Below, in pieces: positions 8,955-20,744 of a stretch of 64,000 bases of DNA. The stretch lies in contig JAIYCN010000233.1 of assembly GCA_027487995.1 (NCBI GenBank), positions 16,168 to 80,167 on the forward strand. Reading direction: 5' to 3'. Both the position numbers and the translations under genes were made by a program. The notes below the pieces were generated by a model that had not been told where the DNA came from, did not search any database, and was given only the letters and a program-made list of their open reading frames with translations. Each line of letters starts with the position of its first letter. Positions within the stretch are counted from its first letter, which is position 1. This stretch comes from Rubrivivax sp. Its GTDB lineage: Bacteria > Pseudomonadota > Gammaproteobacteria > Burkholderiales > Burkholderiaceae_C.

Positions 8955-10259
8955 ATGATGACCACCACCAACGCCGCCCTGTTTGAACGCGCCCAGCGGG
9001 TGATCCCCGGCGGCGTGAATTCACCCGTGCGGGCCTTCCGCGCCGTGGGCGGTACCCCGCGCTTCATCGCCCGCGCCCAAGGGGCCTACCTTTGGGATGC
9101 CGAAGGACAGCGCTACATCGACTACATCGGCTCCTGGGGCCCGATGATCCTGGGCCATGGCCATCCCGCCGTGCTGGAAGCGGTCACCAAAGCCGCCGCG
9201 GACGGCTTGAGCTTCGGTGCGCCCACCGAGCGGGAAATTGAGCTGGCCGAGGCCATCAGTGCCCTGGTACCCGGCCTGGAGCAGGTGCGGCTGGTGAGTT
9301 CGGGCACCGAGGCGGCCATGAGCGCCATCCGGCTGGCACGCGGGGCCACCGGGCGCAGCCGGATGATCAAGTTCGAAGGCTGCTACCACGGCCACGCCGA
9401 CGCGCTGCTCGTGAAGGCCGGTTCGGGCCTGGCCACGTTCGGCAACCCCACCAGCGCCGGCGTGCCGCCCGAGGTGGTGCAGCACACGATCGTGCTGCCC
9501 TACAACGACGTCAGCGCGCTTGAGGCCGCCTTTGCGGAACATGGGCCTCACCTGGCCTGCGTGATGGTCGAGCCCATCGCCGGCAACATGAATTTCGTGC
9601 GGGCGTCCGTTCCCTTCATGACCCGCCTGCGCGCGCTGTGCTCCGCGCACGGTGCATTGTTGGTCTTCGACGAAGTGATGAGCGGATTCCGGGTGGCCCT
9701 GGGCGGTGCCCAGAGCGTCTACGCGCGGTTGATCCCCGGCTTCCGCCCGGACATGAGCGTCTTCGGCAAGGTCATCGGCGGCGGCATGCCGCTGGCTGCC
9801 TTCGGCGGATCGCGTGATGTGATGGCGCACCTGGCGCCGCTGGGCCCGGTATACCAGGCCGGCACGCTCTCGGGCAACCCGGTGGCCACGGCCTGTGGCT
9901 TGGCCACCCTGCGGGAAATCGCCAAGCCGGGGTTCTTCGAGGCCCTGACCGCGAAGACGCAATCCTTGGTCGAGGGCATCGTGGCCGCAGGCCGCAGCGC
10001 GGGCATCCCCATGTGCGGCGACAGCGAAGGGGGCATGTTCGGCTTCTTCTTCCACCAGAACCTTCCGCAGGACTACCCGACCGTGATGACCACGGACAAG
10101 GAGCGCTTCAACCGCTTCTTCCACGGCATGCTCGAGCGCGGTGTGTACTTGGCGCCGGCCTTGTACGAAGCAGGCTTCGTGAGTGCCGCACACACGACCG
10201 AGGACCTGGCGGCCACGCACCAAGCGGCACGGGAGGCTCTGGCAGGCTTGGCGGGCTGA
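8955..10259 (+). CDS. hemL: glutamate-1-semialdehyde 2,1-aminomutase
   Basis: The 434-aa ORF begins ...[19 protein letters not shown] and contains FDEVMSGFR and [11 protein letters not shown] (PLP lysine). Confidence 0.95.
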   Translation: MMTTTNAALFERAQRVIPGGVNSPVRAFRAVGGTPRFIARAQGAYLWDAEGQRYIDYIGSWGPMILGHGHPAVLEAVTKAAADGLSFGAPTEREIELAEAISALVPGLEQVRLVSSGTEAAMSAIRLARGATGRSRMIKFEGCYHGHADALLVKAGSGLATFGNPTSAGVPPEVVQHTIVLPYNDVSALEAAFAEHGPHLACVMVEPIAGNMNFVRASVPFMTRLRALCSAHGALLVFDEVMSGFRVALGGAQSVYARLIPGFRPDMSVFGKVIGGGMPLAAFGGSRDVMAHLAPLGPVYQAGTLSGNPVATACGLATLREIAKPGFFEALTAKTQSLVEGIVAAGRSAGIPMCGDSEGGMFGFFFHQNLPQDYPTVMTTDKERFNRFFHGMLERGVYLAPALYEAGFVSAAHTTEDLAATHQAAREALAGLAG

Positions 10260-10269
10260 ACCCACGGCC

Positions 10270-11688
10270 ATGCACATCCACATCCTGGGCATCTGCGGCA
10301 CCTTCATGGGGGGCCTGGCAGCGCTCGCGCGCGAGTGCGGGCATCGCGTCACCGGTTGCGACCGAGGCGTCTATCCGCCGATGAGCGACCAGCTTCGCGC
10401 ATTGGGCATCGACCTTATCGAAGGCTACGATGCCGATCAACTGTCGCTTCGGCCCGACCTGTTCGTGGTGGGCAACGTGGTCACGCGCGGCAATCCGCTG
10501 ATGGAAGCCATCCTGGACGCGAGCCTGCCCTACACCAGCGGTCCGCAGTGGTTGAGCGAACACGTGCTGCGCGACCGCCACGTGCTGGCCGTGGCCGGCA
10601 CCCACGGCAAGACCACCACCACGGCGATGCTCACGTGGATCCTGGAGCATGCGGGCCTGCAACCCGGTTTCCTCGTGGGCGGCATTCCAGCCAACTTCGG
10701 CGTCAGCGCACGCTTGGGTGGGGCAACAGCGGTGGGTCAGACACGGCCCCTGTTCGTCATCGAGGCCGACGAGTACGACACCGCCTTCTTCGACAAGCGC
10801 AGCAAATTTGTTCACTACCGGGCCCGCACGGCCGTGCTCAACAATCTCGAGCACGATCACGCCGACATCTTCCCGGACCTTCAGGCCATCGAAACCCAGT
10901 TCCATCATCTGGTGCGCACCGTGCCGGCCGCCGGCACCCTGGTGGTCAACGCGCGTGAAGCCGCGCTCGCGCGGGTGCTGGCCCGGGGCGCCTGGAGCCG
11001 CATCCAGCGGTTTGGATGTGTGAAGGAAGAACCCGGTTGCCTGCGGGCGCGCGGTGAACCGCATGCCTTCGATGTGCTTCGAGGATCGCTGAAGGTCGGG
11101 CGTGTGGAGTGGGCATTGGGTGGAGAGCACAATCAGCTCAACGCGCTGGCCGCCATCGCGGCGGCCGAGTCGGTGGGTGTGGCACCCGAGGCCAGCTGCG
11201 CTGCCTTGGCGCGTTTCGAAAGCGTCAAACGACGAATGGAGCTGGTGGGATCCGCACCCGTTCAGGGCGGGGAAGTGCATGTTTACGACGACTTCGCGCA
11301 CCACCCCACGGCCATCCGCACGACGGTCAATGGTCTTCGGCGGCAACTCGATCGCCAGGCCATCCAACAGCAGCGCAACGGCCGTATCCTGGCCCTCTTC
11401 GAGCCACGGTCCAACACGATGAAGCTGGGCACGATGAAGGCCCAACTGCCCTGGGCACTGGAGGAAGCCGACCTCGCCTTCTGCCACAGTGCGGGCCTTG
11501 ATTGGGACGCCGGCGAAGCACTCAAGCCCATGGGCGCGCGCGCGACGGTGTGCAGTTCCATCGACGCGCTGGTTGAGGCCGTGGTTCGGGAAGCGCGACC
11601 AGGCGACCACCTCCTGTGCATGAGCAACGGCGGTTTTGGGGGCATCCACCAACGCCTGTTGAAAGCGTTGTCGCAAACCGTCATGTGA
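10270..11688 (+). CDS. mpl: UDP-N-acetylmuramate:L-alanyl-gamma-D-glutamyl-meso-diaminopimelate ligase
   Basis: I take MHIHILGICGTFMGGLAALARE as the start, inside ORF 10183-11688. The Mur-ligase P-loop AVAGTHGKTTTT is present. Confidence 0.9.
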   Translation: MHIHILGICGTFMGGLAALARECGHRVTGCDRGVYPPMSDQLRALGIDLIEGYDADQLSLRPDLFVVGNVVTRGNPLMEAILDASLPYTSGPQWLSEHVLRDRHVLAVAGTHGKTTTTAMLTWILEHAGLQPGFLVGGIPANFGVSARLGGATAVGQTRPLFVIEADEYDTAFFDKRSKFVHYRARTAVLNNLEHDHADIFPDLQAIETQFHHLVRTVPAAGTLVVNAREAALARVLARGAWSRIQRFGCVKEEPGCLRARGEPHAFDVLRGSLKVGRVEWALGGEHNQLNALAAIAAAESVGVAPEASCAALARFESVKRRMELVGSAPVQGGEVHVYDDFAHHPTAIRTTVNGLRRQLDRQAIQQQRNGRILALFEPRSNTMKLGTMKAQLPWALEEADLAFCHSAGLDWDAGEALKPMGARATVCSSIDALVEAVVREARPGDHLLCMSNGGFGGIHQRLLKALSQTVM

Positions 11689-11797
11689 TTAACGACCAAG
11701 TCGAGAAGATCGCTCGACTCGTGGAATTCACCGCCCTCGCGCATGGGCAGCTTCGGTTATCGTCCTAGGCTTTGCCACATTTCCCAAAAGGATTTGC

Positions 11798-14689
11798 ATG
11801 AAGGTGACCCATCGCGCCGCCAGCCCCTGGTTTGCAGCGGCCCTGTCTTCCCTGCTGGTCGCATGCGCCCAGAATCCGACCACGCCTTCGGCCACTGAGG
11901 CGGCCAAGCCCGCCCCTGCTGCGGCCACCGCCAGCGGCACCAGCCCTGCACCGGCGCCCGCAACCGGCACGGCGCCACGAGCTGCGGCTTCTTCGACTCC
12001 CGCTGCGCCCGGCACCACCGCTGCTGCCGGTGCGTCGGGCCAGAACCCCGCGGCCGCTGCAGCCGCCGCCCGTGCAGCCGCTGCGGCAGCCAGCGCAGGC
12101 GCTCCGTTCGCGGAAGTCATTCGCGACGCCAAGCGCACCGACGGATTCCTCCCGGTGTGGACCAAGGACGAGAAAACCTGGCTTGAGATTCCCACCACCG
12201 CCCTGGACAAGCCCTTCTTCATGGCCATCTCCGTGGCCAGTGGTCTGGGTGAGCGTTTCTTCTGGCCGGGCCTGATGGGCGGCAGCCAGGTTGTGGAACT
12301 GCGCAAGGTCGGCAACAACATCCAGCTCATTGCCAAGAACTTGAAGGTCCGCGCGCCGGCCAACACCCCGCTGGCCACCGCGCTCAATGAGAGCTACTCG
12401 GACAGCCTCTTGGCCACGGCCACTGTGGCTTCTGCGCCCCACCCGGAGCGCAAGTCCATCCTGATCGACGCCAACGCCCTGCTGGGCGGCGACATCACAG
12501 GTGCACAGACGCGTCTGGAAGGCTCCTATCGCCTGTCCTACACGCTCGACCGCGCCAACTCGGGCATCGTCAAGGCCGCTGCCAACGCCCAAGGCACCAG
12601 CCTGACGGTTCGCCAGCACTTCGCCATCCCGAAGCTGCCGGCCCTTCCCCCTGGTGGTCCGGGCGGCGCCACGCCCAACCCGGCGGCCATGCCCTCACCG
12701 CCCACCGTGGTGCCGGACGCGCGCAGCCTCTTCCTGTCGCACACCTACACGATGGCGCCCCTGCCGGCCACGCCCATGGCCACCCGCGCAGCCGACCAGC
12801 GCGTGGGCTACTTCACCGAGTCCTTCACGGACTTCGGCAGGGACGCCGGTGGCGACCGCCGCACCCACCACATCAAGCGCTGGCGCCTGGAGAAGAAGGA
12901 CCCCGATGCGGCCATCTCGGAGCCCAAGGAGCCCATCCGTGTGGTGATGGACCGCAACATCCCGCTGAAGTGGCGCGAGCCCATCAAGGCCGGCATCCTC
13001 GAATGGAACAAGGCCTTCGAGAAGGCCGGCTGGCGCAACGCCGTCGTCGTGGAGCAGCAGGCCGACAACGCCGACTGGAGCACGTTGGAAGGCACACGGA
13101 TGCTGGCCGTTCGTTGGTTCGCCATCGAAGGCCCGGGGGCCACGGCGGTGGGCCCCAGCCAAGCGGACCCGCGCACGGGCGAAATCCTGCGCGGTGCCTC
13201 CATCATCCCGGAGAACTGGGTGCGCATTGGCCGCAACCGCATCACCGACACGCAGCCGCGCCTGGGTGGCACTTCGCAGGACGCTTCTGGTCTTCAGCCC
13301 GGCCACTTTGTGCAGCCCTACGCGATGCCCGCGGGCCTGGCGCCTGCCCACGACCATGAGTTGTGCACCATGGGTCACGAGGCGATGGAGCAGGCCGAAA
13401 TGGCCTTCGAACTGCTGGTGGCCCGTGGTCAGATCGACCCCGAAGGCCCCGAGGCGGATCGCTTCATCGCCGGCAGCCTCAAGGACGTGACCATGCATGA
13501 AATCGGTCATGCCCTGGGCCTGCGCCACAACTTCAAGGCCTCCACCGGCGTGACGCGCAGCCAGTTGCGCGACAAGGCCTTCACCACCGCGCGCGGCGTG
13601 TCGAACTCGGTGATGGACTACAACGCCCTGAACCTGCCGCTGGGCGATGAAGCCGATGCCGAGCTGCAGATGGGCACCCTGGGCGCCTACGACATCTGGG
13701 CCATCGAGTACGGCTACCGGGCTTTCCCCGCTGGGCAGGAGGCCGCGGGCCTGGCCGCCATTGCGGCGCGCAGTGACAGCGATGCGTCCCTGGCCTACGC
13801 CACGGACGAGGACGCCGCCACGCCCGACCCGCTGGTCAACCGCTATGACCTGGGTGACGACCCGCTTGCGTATGCGCAAAAGCAGATGAAGCTCTCGCGC
13901 GAGTTGTGGAACCGTACGCAGGCCCGCACGCTGGCACCCACCGACGACATGACGATCTACCGTCGTGTCCTGCAGCGGGTGTTCGCGGGCATCAACGCCA
14001 CGGTGCCGCTGGCCACCCGCTATGTGGGTGGCTCCATCCACTCGCGTGCATTGGCCGGCAAGAACGAACCGCTGATCACGCCGGTGCCGGCAGCCCGCCA
14101 GCGCGAGGCCCTGAACTTCGTGGTCGGTGAACTGTTCTCCAGCAACAGCTTCAAGTTCGACCCGAAGATCATGAGCCGCCTGGGCATTGATCAACTGGAC
14201 CGCACGTCGGCACGCGGCAGCACCTCGACCGACTTCAGCCTGGCGCAATCGGTGCTGGGGGTGCAGCGCGGCGCGCTGGATGCCCTGATGACGGACTCGC
14301 TGGCTTCGCGCATGGCCGATGCCGAGTACAAGGTCGACAACCCCAAGGCCTTGATGAGCTTTGCCGATGTGCAGACCCGCTTGAGTGCAGCCATCTGGTC
14401 GGAATTGCGCGACGGCAAGACCAGCGGCCGTGAAGTCGATAGCCTGCGTCGAAACCTCCAGCGCGAGCACGTCAAGCGCTTGGCGGCTGGTCTGCTGCGG
14501 CCCACCGCCACGAGCGGCAATGCCGACGCACCAGCGGTCAACCGCATGGTGGCCCGCCAGCTTGAATCGGACCTGCGCGGTGCACTGTCGGCCGGCGGCT
14601 GGTCGAGCATGGCTCGTGCGCACCTGGAAGACAGCCTGGCACTGGTCAGCGAAGCCCTGAAGGCACCGTTGAACAAGCAGGGCGTTTGA
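11798..14689 (+). CDS. secreted zinc metalloprotease (probable lipoprotein) with an Ala/Pro-rich linker
   Basis: The 963-aa ORF has a lipobox-like N-terminus (SSLLVAC), a roughly 90-aa A/P/T-rich low-complexity region, and an [13 protein letters not shown] zinc motif. Confidence 0.85.
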   Translation: MKVTHRAASPWFAAALSSLLVACAQNPTTPSATEAAKPAPAAATASGTSPAPAPATGTAPRAAASSTPAAPGTTAAAGASGQNPAAAAAAARAAAAAASAGAPFAEVIRDAKRTDGFLPVWTKDEKTWLEIPTTALDKPFFMAISVASGLGERFFWPGLMGGSQVVELRKVGNNIQLIAKNLKVRAPANTPLATALNESYSDSLLATATVASAPHPERKSILIDANALLGGDITGAQTRLEGSYRLSYTLDRANSGIVKAAANAQGTSLTVRQHFAIPKLPALPPGGPGGATPNPAAMPSPPTVVPDARSLFLSHTYTMAPLPATPMATRAADQRVGYFTESFTDFGRDAGGDRRTHHIKRWRLEKKDPDAAISEPKEPIRVVMDRNIPLKWREPIKAGILEWNKAFEKAGWRNAVVVEQQADNADWSTLEGTRMLAVRWFAIEGPGATAVGPSQADPRTGEILRGASIIPENWVRIGRNRITDTQPRLGGTSQDASGLQPGHFVQPYAMPAGLAPAHDHELCTMGHEAMEQAEMAFELLVARGQIDPEGPEADRFIAGSLKDVTMHEIGHALGLRHNFKASTGVTRSQLRDKAFTTARGVSNSVMDYNALNLPLGDEADAELQMGTLGAYDIWAIEYGYRAFPAGQEAAGLAAIAARSDSDASLAYATDEDAATPDPLVNRYDLGDDPLAYAQKQMKLSRELWNRTQARTLAPTDDMTIYRRVLQRVFAGINATVPLATRYVGGSIHSRALAGKNEPLITPVPAARQREALNFVVGELFSSNSFKFDPKIMSRLGIDQLDRTSARGSTSTDFSLAQSVLGVQRGALDALMTDSLASRMADAEYKVDNPKALMSFADVQTRLSAAIWSELRDGKTSGREVDSLRRNLQREHVKRLAAGLLRPTATSGNADAPAVNRMVARQLESDLRGALSAGGWSSMARAHLEDSLALVSEALKAPLNKQGV

Positions 14690-14708
14690 TCACGGGAACC
14701 CGCAAGGC

Positions 14709-15458
14709 ATGAAGCTCAAGGACAAGGTCTGCATCATCACCGGCGCCGGGCAAGGCATCGGCCTGGCCACGGCGCACCGCTTCGCGCAAGACGGCGCGGT
14801 GGTGGTGGTGTGTGACCTTCGTCAGGCCGATGTCGATGCGGCTGTGGCCCTATGTCGACAGCAGGGCGGTCCTGCGGAGCGCTCGGTCGGCTTCACGCTT
14901 AGCGTGACCGACCGCACGCAGGTGGACGCCATGGTGGCGGCTGTGAAAGCGCAGTTCGGCCGTGTGGACGTGTTGGTGAACAACGCGGGCATCACCAAGG
15001 ACGCGCGCCTGCAGAAGATGACCCTGGAGCAGTTTGACGCCGTGATCGACGTCAACCTGCGCGGGGTCTTCCACTGCAGTCAGGCCGTTGCCGACACCAT
15101 GGTCCTGCAGGGCTCGGGCGTGATCCTCAATGCCAGCTCCATCGTGGGCGTGTATGGCAACTTTGGGCAAACCAATTACGCCGCCAGCAAGTTCGGCGTG
15201 ATCGGCTTCACCAAAACATGGAGCCGCGAGCTGGGCCCCAAGGGCGTGCGTGTGAACGCCGTGGCCCCGGGGTTCGTGGCCACCCACATCCTCGACTCCA
15301 TCCCTGAAAAGGTCTTGGCTGAAATGACGCAGGAGGTGCCCCTGCGCCGACTGGGCAAGCCCGAAGAGATTGCCAGCGTCTACGCCTTTCTGGCCAGCGA
15401 TGATGCGAGCTATGTCAACGGCGCCGTCATCGAGGTGGCCGGCGGCTTGACGATCTAG
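14709..15458 (+). CDS. SDR family 3-oxoacyl-ACP / acetoacetyl-CoA reductase-like oxidoreductase
   Basis: The 249-aa ORF has the TGAGQGIG cofactor motif, NNAG, and YAASK catalytic residues. Confidence 0.85.
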   Translation: MKLKDKVCIITGAGQGIGLATAHRFAQDGAVVVVCDLRQADVDAAVALCRQQGGPAERSVGFTLSVTDRTQVDAMVAAVKAQFGRVDVLVNNAGITKDARLQKMTLEQFDAVIDVNLRGVFHCSQAVADTMVLQGSGVILNASSIVGVYGNFGQTNYAASKFGVIGFTKTWSRELGPKGVRVNAVAPGFVATHILDSIPEKVLAEMTQEVPLRRLGKPEEIASVYAFLASDDASYVNGAVIEVAGGLTI

Positions 15459-15485
15459 CTGCGCGAAACAGCCGACAATCCAGGG

Positions 15486-17621
15486 GTGAACTACGCCCTG
15501 TTTGATGACGCCGGCAAATTCCTGGCCGGCCGAGTGATGTCCGAAGCCGAGAGCTCCCTTCAGGTGGAGCTGGACTCGGGCAAGCGCGTGAAGGTGAAGG
15601 CCAGTCATGTGCTGCTGCGCTTTCAGGAGCCCGGCCCTGCCGACCTGTTGGCACGCGCACGCGGGCTCTCCGAACAGATCGACCTAGACCTGGCATGGGA
15701 GTTCGCCCCCGAGGGTGATTTCGGCTTCGCAGACCTGGCGCGCGACTACTTTGACCCCAAGGCCGATGCGGTGCATCAGGCCGCGGCCCTCATTCGCCTG
15801 TTCGAAGCTCCGCACTACTTCCGGCGCATGGGCAAGGGTGTGTTCCGCAAGGCTTCTGAAGACACGCTCAAGGCCGCCTTGTTGGGCATCGAGCGCAAGA
15901 AGCAGGTGGCCGCGCAGATCGAGCAGTGGGCACAGGCCCTGGCGGCCGGCGAATGCCCGGCCCCGGTGCGCGAGCAGCTCTACCGCATCCTCTTCAAGCC
16001 CGACAAGAACGCGCCTGAGTACAAGGCCGTGGTGGAAGCGTCGCGGGGCAGCCAACGCTCGCCGCTGGACCTGCTCAAGGGAGCCGGAGCCATCGACAGC
16101 CCCTACCAATTCCACTGGAAGCGCTTCCTGTTCGAACACTTCCCCAAGGGCACGGGCTTCCCCACGGTGGCGGCACCAGCCGTGGCCGAGGAGTTGCCCC
16201 TGGCCGAGGGCGTACAGGCCTTCTCCATCGACGACTCCAGCACCACGGAAATCGACGACGCCCTTTCGCTGCAAGGCTTGGGTACGGGCCGCGTGGTGCT
16301 GGGCATCCACATTGCAGCACCGGCCCTGGCCATTGCGCCGGGCACGCCCGTGGACCAGATTGCGGTGCAGCGCTTGTCCACGGTTTACATGCCCGGCCAC
16401 AAGCTGACCATGCTGCCCGACGACGTGGTGCAGGCCTACACCCTGGTGGAAGGACGCGCCAGCCCTGCAGTGAGCCTCTATGTGACCCTGGACGAAGCGA
16501 CGCTGGAGATCACCGAGCGACAGACGCGGCTGGAACGGGTTCATGTGGCGGCCAACCTCCGGCACGACCATCTGGAGGCGCACGTCACGGAAGACATCCT
16601 GCTGGATCCCTCAGCCACTGACGGTTCCGTGTCCATTCCCTTCCATCGCGAATTGGCCTTCAGCTTCCGCCTGGCCCGCCATCTCAAGGCGCAGCGCGAA
16701 GTCGCGCGCGGCAAACCAGAGACCTTCAACCGGCCCGACTTCAATTTCCGGCTCGAGGGACGCGACGGCTCGCAGGACGAGGCGCCCCGTGGCGACGAGA
16801 CCGTGGTGATTTCACAGCGCCGGCGAGGCTCGCCGCTGGACCTGCTGGTGGCCGAACTGATGATCCTGGCCAACAGCAGCTGGGGCGCCTGGCTGGCCGA
16901 GTTGGGCGTGCCCGGCATCTACCGCAGCCAGGCCAGTCTGGCCCCGGGCATCAAGGTGCGCATGGGCACCAAGCCCGCGCCGCATGCGGGCATGGGCGTG
17001 AGCCACTACACCTGGGCGTCTTCGCCGCTGCGCCGCTATGTGGACCTGCTCAACCAGTGGCAGATCATCGCGTGTGCGCGGCACGGCCGCACCGCGGCCC
17101 TGGCCGCACCCTTCAAGCCCAAGGACGCACAGCTCTTCTCGGTCGTGTCCTCTTTTGATGCGGCCTACACCGCCTATGCGGACTTTCAACGCGGCATTGA
17201 GCGCTACTGGACGCTGCGGTGGCTGGACCAGAACGGCATTGCGGAATTGCCCGCCACCGTCCTGAAGGACGGACTGGTGCGCGCGGACGAACTGCCCCTG
17301 GTCTTCAAGGTGGCCGGCGCCGAACCCCTGCCCCGCGGTGCGCGCCTGCTGGCACGCGTACAAGGCATGGACCTGTTGACCCTGGACCTGCATGCCACGC
17401 TGGCGGCGCGGCTTGACGAACCGGCTGCAGCTGGTGGCGGCAGTGAAGACGCCGGTGCCGAAGAGGACGAGGACGAGGACGACCTCACTGAGGCCTCCGC
17501 TCCGTTGGCCTTGGCCATTGATGTCACGGCGTCCGATGAAGACGCTGATGCGGCGGGTGGTTCAAACGGCTCATCTGGCGGCCCTGGGCAGGGCGTCAAC
17601 ACGGCGGGTACCAGCACATGA
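15486..17621 (+). CDS. RNB-domain exoribonuclease (RNase II / VacB family)
   Basis: The 711-aa ORF has a GTG start. The RNB signature is FSIDDSSTTEIDDALS...YTWASSPLRRYVDLLNQWQI. The C-terminal tail is acidic. Confidence 0.85.
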   Translation: MNYALFDDAGKFLAGRVMSEAESSLQVELDSGKRVKVKASHVLLRFQEPGPADLLARARGLSEQIDLDLAWEFAPEGDFGFADLARDYFDPKADAVHQAAALIRLFEAPHYFRRMGKGVFRKASEDTLKAALLGIERKKQVAAQIEQWAQALAAGECPAPVREQLYRILFKPDKNAPEYKAVVEASRGSQRSPLDLLKGAGAIDSPYQFHWKRFLFEHFPKGTGFPTVAAPAVAEELPLAEGVQAFSIDDSSTTEIDDALSLQGLGTGRVVLGIHIAAPALAIAPGTPVDQIAVQRLSTVYMPGHKLTMLPDDVVQAYTLVEGRASPAVSLYVTLDEATLEITERQTRLERVHVAANLRHDHLEAHVTEDILLDPSATDGSVSIPFHRELAFSFRLARHLKAQREVARGKPETFNRPDFNFRLEGRDGSQDEAPRGDETVVISQRRRGSPLDLLVAELMILANSSWGAWLAELGVPGIYRSQASLAPGIKVRMGTKPAPHAGMGVSHYTWASSPLRRYVDLLNQWQIIACARHGRTAALAAPFKPKDAQLFSVVSSFDAAYTAYADFQRGIERYWTLRWLDQNGIAELPATVLKDGLVRADELPLVFKVAGAEPLPRGARLLARVQGMDLLTLDLHATLAARLDEPAAAGGGSEDAGAEEDEDEDDLTEASAPLALAIDVTASDEDADAAGGSNGSSGGPGQGVNTAGTST

Positions 17622-18478
17622 TCGAGGCCGCAGCCGCGGACCTGTACGGCGTCATCGGCAACCCCGTGGCGCACAGTCAGTCGCCCTTCATCCACGAATC
17701 CTTCGCTCGGCAGTTGGGGCACCACATCCGCTACGAGCGGGTGCTCTCGCCAATGGATGACTTTCCGGCCACATTGGCAGACTGGGCCCGCCGTGGCGCG
17801 AAGGGCTGCAACGTCACCGTGCCCTTCAAGTTTGAAGTACCCAATTTGGTGGCGGGCTGCACCGCACGAGCCCAACTGGCCCGCGCGGCCAACACGGTGC
17901 GGTTCGACGAGGCCGGATGGCAAGCCGACAACACCGACGGTCAGGGCTTGGTCGCGGACATCCAGGACCATGCCGGACTTTCTCTGAAAGGCTGCACGGT
18001 GCTGCTGGTGGGGGCCGGAGGCGCCGCTGCCGGGGTCCTGGGGCCCTTGCTGGCGGCTCGGCCACGCGTGGTGGTGGTGGTCAATCGAACCGCCGACAAG
18101 GCGGTGGCACTGGCCGCATCCCATCAGGCTTGGGCAGCGGAGCACGGCAGTCGAGTGGTGGGTGGCTCGCTGGCCGAGGCAGCGGGTCTCTGCCCGCAGG
18201 GCTGCGAGGTGCTTGTCAATGGCACGGCCAGCAGTCTGGCCGGACAAGCCAGCCCGGTGGATGCCGGTCTGCTGCGCGCCGGCAGCCTGGCCGTGGACAT
18301 GATGTATGGCCCTGCCGCCCAGCCTTTCTTGAACTGGGCGCGAGCCCAGGGCGCGCAGGCCCGCGACGGCCTGGGCATGCTGGTGGAGCAGGCGGCCGAA
18401 GCCTATGCCTTCTGGCGCGGTGTGCGCCCCCAAACGCCGGCGGTGCTGCAGGCGCTGCGCGGGCGTCTTCAAGGATGA
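17618..18478 (+). CDS. aroE: shikimate dehydrogenase
   Basis: The 286-aa ORF has YGVIGNPVAHSQSPFIH, NVTVPFK and NTDG motifs. Confidence 0.9.
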   Translation: MIEAAAADLYGVIGNPVAHSQSPFIHESFARQLGHHIRYERVLSPMDDFPATLADWARRGAKGCNVTVPFKFEVPNLVAGCTARAQLARAANTVRFDEAGWQADNTDGQGLVADIQDHAGLSLKGCTVLLVGAGGAAAGVLGPLLAARPRVVVVVNRTADKAVALAASHQAWAAEHGSRVVGGSLAEAAGLCPQGCEVLVNGTASSLAGQASPVDAGLLRAGSLAVDMMYGPAAQPFLNWARAQGAQARDGLGMLVEQAAEAYAFWRGVRPQTPAVLQALRGRLQG

Positions 18479-19209
18479 ACGCCCTGCGGCAGGTCGGTCG
18501 CCTATTGGCGTTGCTGGTCGTCTGCGCCCTCGCGTTGCAAATCTACTTTGTGCTGCGTGTGGCCCTGATGGCGCAGGTGGATCCTTCGTCCACCACCTTC
18601 CAGCGCACCCAGGCCGTTCGCATCCTGCAGCGCGACCAGCACCTGTCCTGGAACCACCAATGGCAAGACCTGAGCGCCATGGGCACCCCCCTGCCGCGCG
18701 CCGTGATTGCCAGTGAAGACGCTGGTTTCATCTCCCATGGCGGCCTGGACTGGGATGCCATCGACAAGGCGCGCGAACGCAATGAAAAACGCCAGGCACG
18801 AGGGCCTTCAGGCGGCGCAGCACGGGCACCGATGGGCGGCTCCACCATCACGCAGCAACTGGCCAAGAACCTCTTCCTCAGCGGCGAGCGCCACTACTGG
18901 CGCAAAGGCCAGGAAGCCCTCATCACACTCGCCATGGAAGCCCTGCTGAGCAAAGGCCGCATTCTGGAGATCTACCTGAACAGCGTGGAATGGGGCGAAG
19001 GCGTGTACGGTGCCCGCGCCGCAGCGGAGCACTACTACCGCACCGAACCGCATCGCCTGCTGCCACTTCAGGCCGCCCGCCTGGCCGTGATGCTGCCGGC
19101 GCCGCGCCGCTTCGAGAAACTGCCCCAGTCCCCCTATCTGGCGGGGCGGGCTGAAACCATTGCCGCGCGCATGCCCGCGGTGAACCTGCCCGAAGGCGTA
19201 CGCCCATGA
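18475..19209 (+). CDS. mtgA: monofunctional biosynthetic peptidoglycan transglycosylase
   Basis: I take MNALRQVGRLLALLVV (TM anchor) as the start, inside ORF 17917-19209. GT51 motifs are present: ASEDAGFISHGG, GGSTITQQLAKN and RILEIYLN. Confidence 0.9.
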   Translation: MNALRQVGRLLALLVVCALALQIYFVLRVALMAQVDPSSTTFQRTQAVRILQRDQHLSWNHQWQDLSAMGTPLPRAVIASEDAGFISHGGLDWDAIDKARERNEKRQARGPSGGAARAPMGGSTITQQLAKNLFLSGERHYWRKGQEALITLAMEALLSKGRILEIYLNSVEWGEGVYGARAAAEHYYRTEPHRLLPLQAARLAVMLPAPRRFEKLPQSPYLAGRAETIAARMPAVNLPEGVRP

Positions 19210-19805
19210 GTGCTCAGGAAGAGATTGCGGCGTCGGCCGCCACGTGGATCGTGGAGCACGGTCTGGACTACAGCGCCGCCTGCCGCAAGGCGGCCGAGCA
19301 TCTGGGCCTGTCCGGTACGCGCGGCTTGACGATGCCCGACCACCTGGTGGTCGAGGACGCGGTGCGCGAGCACCTGGCCCTCTTCTTCGCCGACACCCAG
19401 CCCCAGGCGCTTCGGGTCTTGCGGGAGATGGCCGCCACCTGGATGCGCCGACTGCAGGACCACCAGCCCTATGTGGGCGGCGCGGTCTGGCGGGGTACGG
19501 CCACGGAAAACTCGCCCATCCTGCTGGACCTGTACACCGATGACCCGACCGGGCCTGAACTTGCCCTGATCGACCAGGGCGTGCCCTTCGAGACGGGACA
19601 GCGCGCGGGCCGAGGGCGCGAACCGGTGCCCGTGATCGGGCTGGAGGTGCCGTGCCCCGCACTGCGCACCACCATCCCCATCGAAATCAGCGTTTGGCCC
19701 CATGACGACCTCAGGGGTGCCCTCAAGCCCGATGCGCGCGGCGGCAGTTGGCGCGGCACACTGCAGGGTCTTGAACAGCGGCTGCGCGAGGCTTCTGCGC
19801 CATGA
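19206..19805 (+). CDS. conserved hypothetical protein
   Basis: The 199-aa ORF is coupled to mtgA and to the downstream tlpA-like gene by 4-nt overlaps. I recognise no motif. Confidence 0.6.
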   Translation: MSAQEEIAASAATWIVEHGLDYSAACRKAAEHLGLSGTRGLTMPDHLVVEDAVREHLALFFADTQPQALRVLREMAATWMRRLQDHQPYVGGAVWRGTATENSPILLDLYTDDPTGPELALIDQGVPFETGQRAGRGREPVPVIGLEVPCPALRTTIPIEISVWPHDDLRGALKPDARGGSWRGTLQGLEQRLREASAP

Positions 19806-20461
19806 ATCACCCCTCCCCTCCTCCCTCCACTGGACCTGAAAGCCGCGCCCCGGATTCCACGGCGCAAGGCGCGACCGCCACCAAACGGCGAACCTGGGTG
19901 GTGGCCCTGGCCGCGGTGACGGCGGGTGCGGCAGGGTCCTGGTGGAGCCGGTCATCCCCAGACCCGACATCAGGTGCCCACCCAAGCGCAGCGCCCGGCA
20001 GGAAGGATGCGTCAGGGGGCGTCGCCTCCAACGCCACCCAGCTGGGTGAGGACTTTTGGGCGCTTTCTCTGCCGCGGCCCGATGAACAGTCCCTTGCCTT
20101 GGTGGCGTTCAAGGGGCAGCCCCTGCTGATTAACTTCTGGGCCACGTGGTGCCCCCCTTGCGTTCGAGAAATGCCGCTTCTTGACGACTTTTACAAGCAG
20201 ATGAAATCCTCAGGAATGCAGATGCTGGGTGTTGCGGTGGACTCACCGACACCTGTACGGAGTTTTCTGGGCAAGAACCCTGTGGAGTTTCCAGTGGTGC
20301 TGACAGGCGCTGACGGGGCAGGTTTGGCACGGGCACTCGGCAATGCCCAAGGTGGACTGCCCTACACGGTCTTGGCCGATGCGAGCGGCCGTGTAATGGC
20401 GCGGCAGATGGGTGAGTTGACGGCCGCGCAGTTGGCGCAATGGGCTCTGCTGATCAAGTAA
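19802..20461 (+). CDS. TlpA-family periplasmic thiol:disulfide oxidoreductase
   Basis: The 219-aa ORF has a Tat/Sec-like N-terminus and the thioredoxin motif FWATWCPPCVREMP. Confidence 0.85.
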   Translation: MNHPSPPPSTGPESRAPDSTAQGATATKRRTWVVALAAVTAGAAGSWWSRSSPDPTSGAHPSAAPGRKDASGGVASNATQLGEDFWALSLPRPDEQSLALVAFKGQPLLINFWATWCPPCVREMPLLDDFYKQMKSSGMQMLGVAVDSPTPVRSFLGKNPVEFPVVLTGADGAGLARALGNAQGGLPYTVLADASGRVMARQMGELTAAQLAQWALLIK

Positions 20462-20744
20462 GCCCCCCGAAGCCCGGGCGGTGTGCCGGTTGAACGGCCC
20501 CAGCCCCTTGATTGAGGGGCAGTAGACCGAAAATTCGTTTTATTTGATTCGAACTGACCCCAACTTCAGTCAACGTTGCCTCATCATCATTTGTCAAGCT
20601 TCATTTTTTGAACAAAAGAGGGCTTGAGCCCACCGTGTCGACTACACTTCGACGCTTTCCGGACTGAGCAATTCGCCGGAAAATGAGCCACAAATCGCGG
20701 CGTTTGGCTTCCGTTGAACGCTGCCGGCCCCAACTGGAGCCCGC

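Noticed and set aside
11900-12110. GC-rich repetitive DNA (GCCGCNGC runs) as a possible tandem-repeat element.
   Set aside because: It is in frame within the metalloprotease gene and encodes an Ala/Pro/Thr linker after the lipobox. It is coding low complexity rather than a discrete repeat element.
17917-18474. An N-terminal extension of the mtgA ORF overlapping aroE.
   Set aside because: It is a Gly/Arg-rich out-of-frame read-through of aroE. MNALRQ at 18475 gives the expected membrane anchor, and its ATG overlaps the aroE stop.
20461-20744. A 285-bp lower-GC gap upstream of accB as a possible sRNA or riboswitch.
   Set aside because: I recognise no conserved riboswitch core. There is one weak 6-bp hairpin (GCCCCT…AGGGGC), and the AT-rich stretch is consistent with an ordinary terminator-plus-promoter region.
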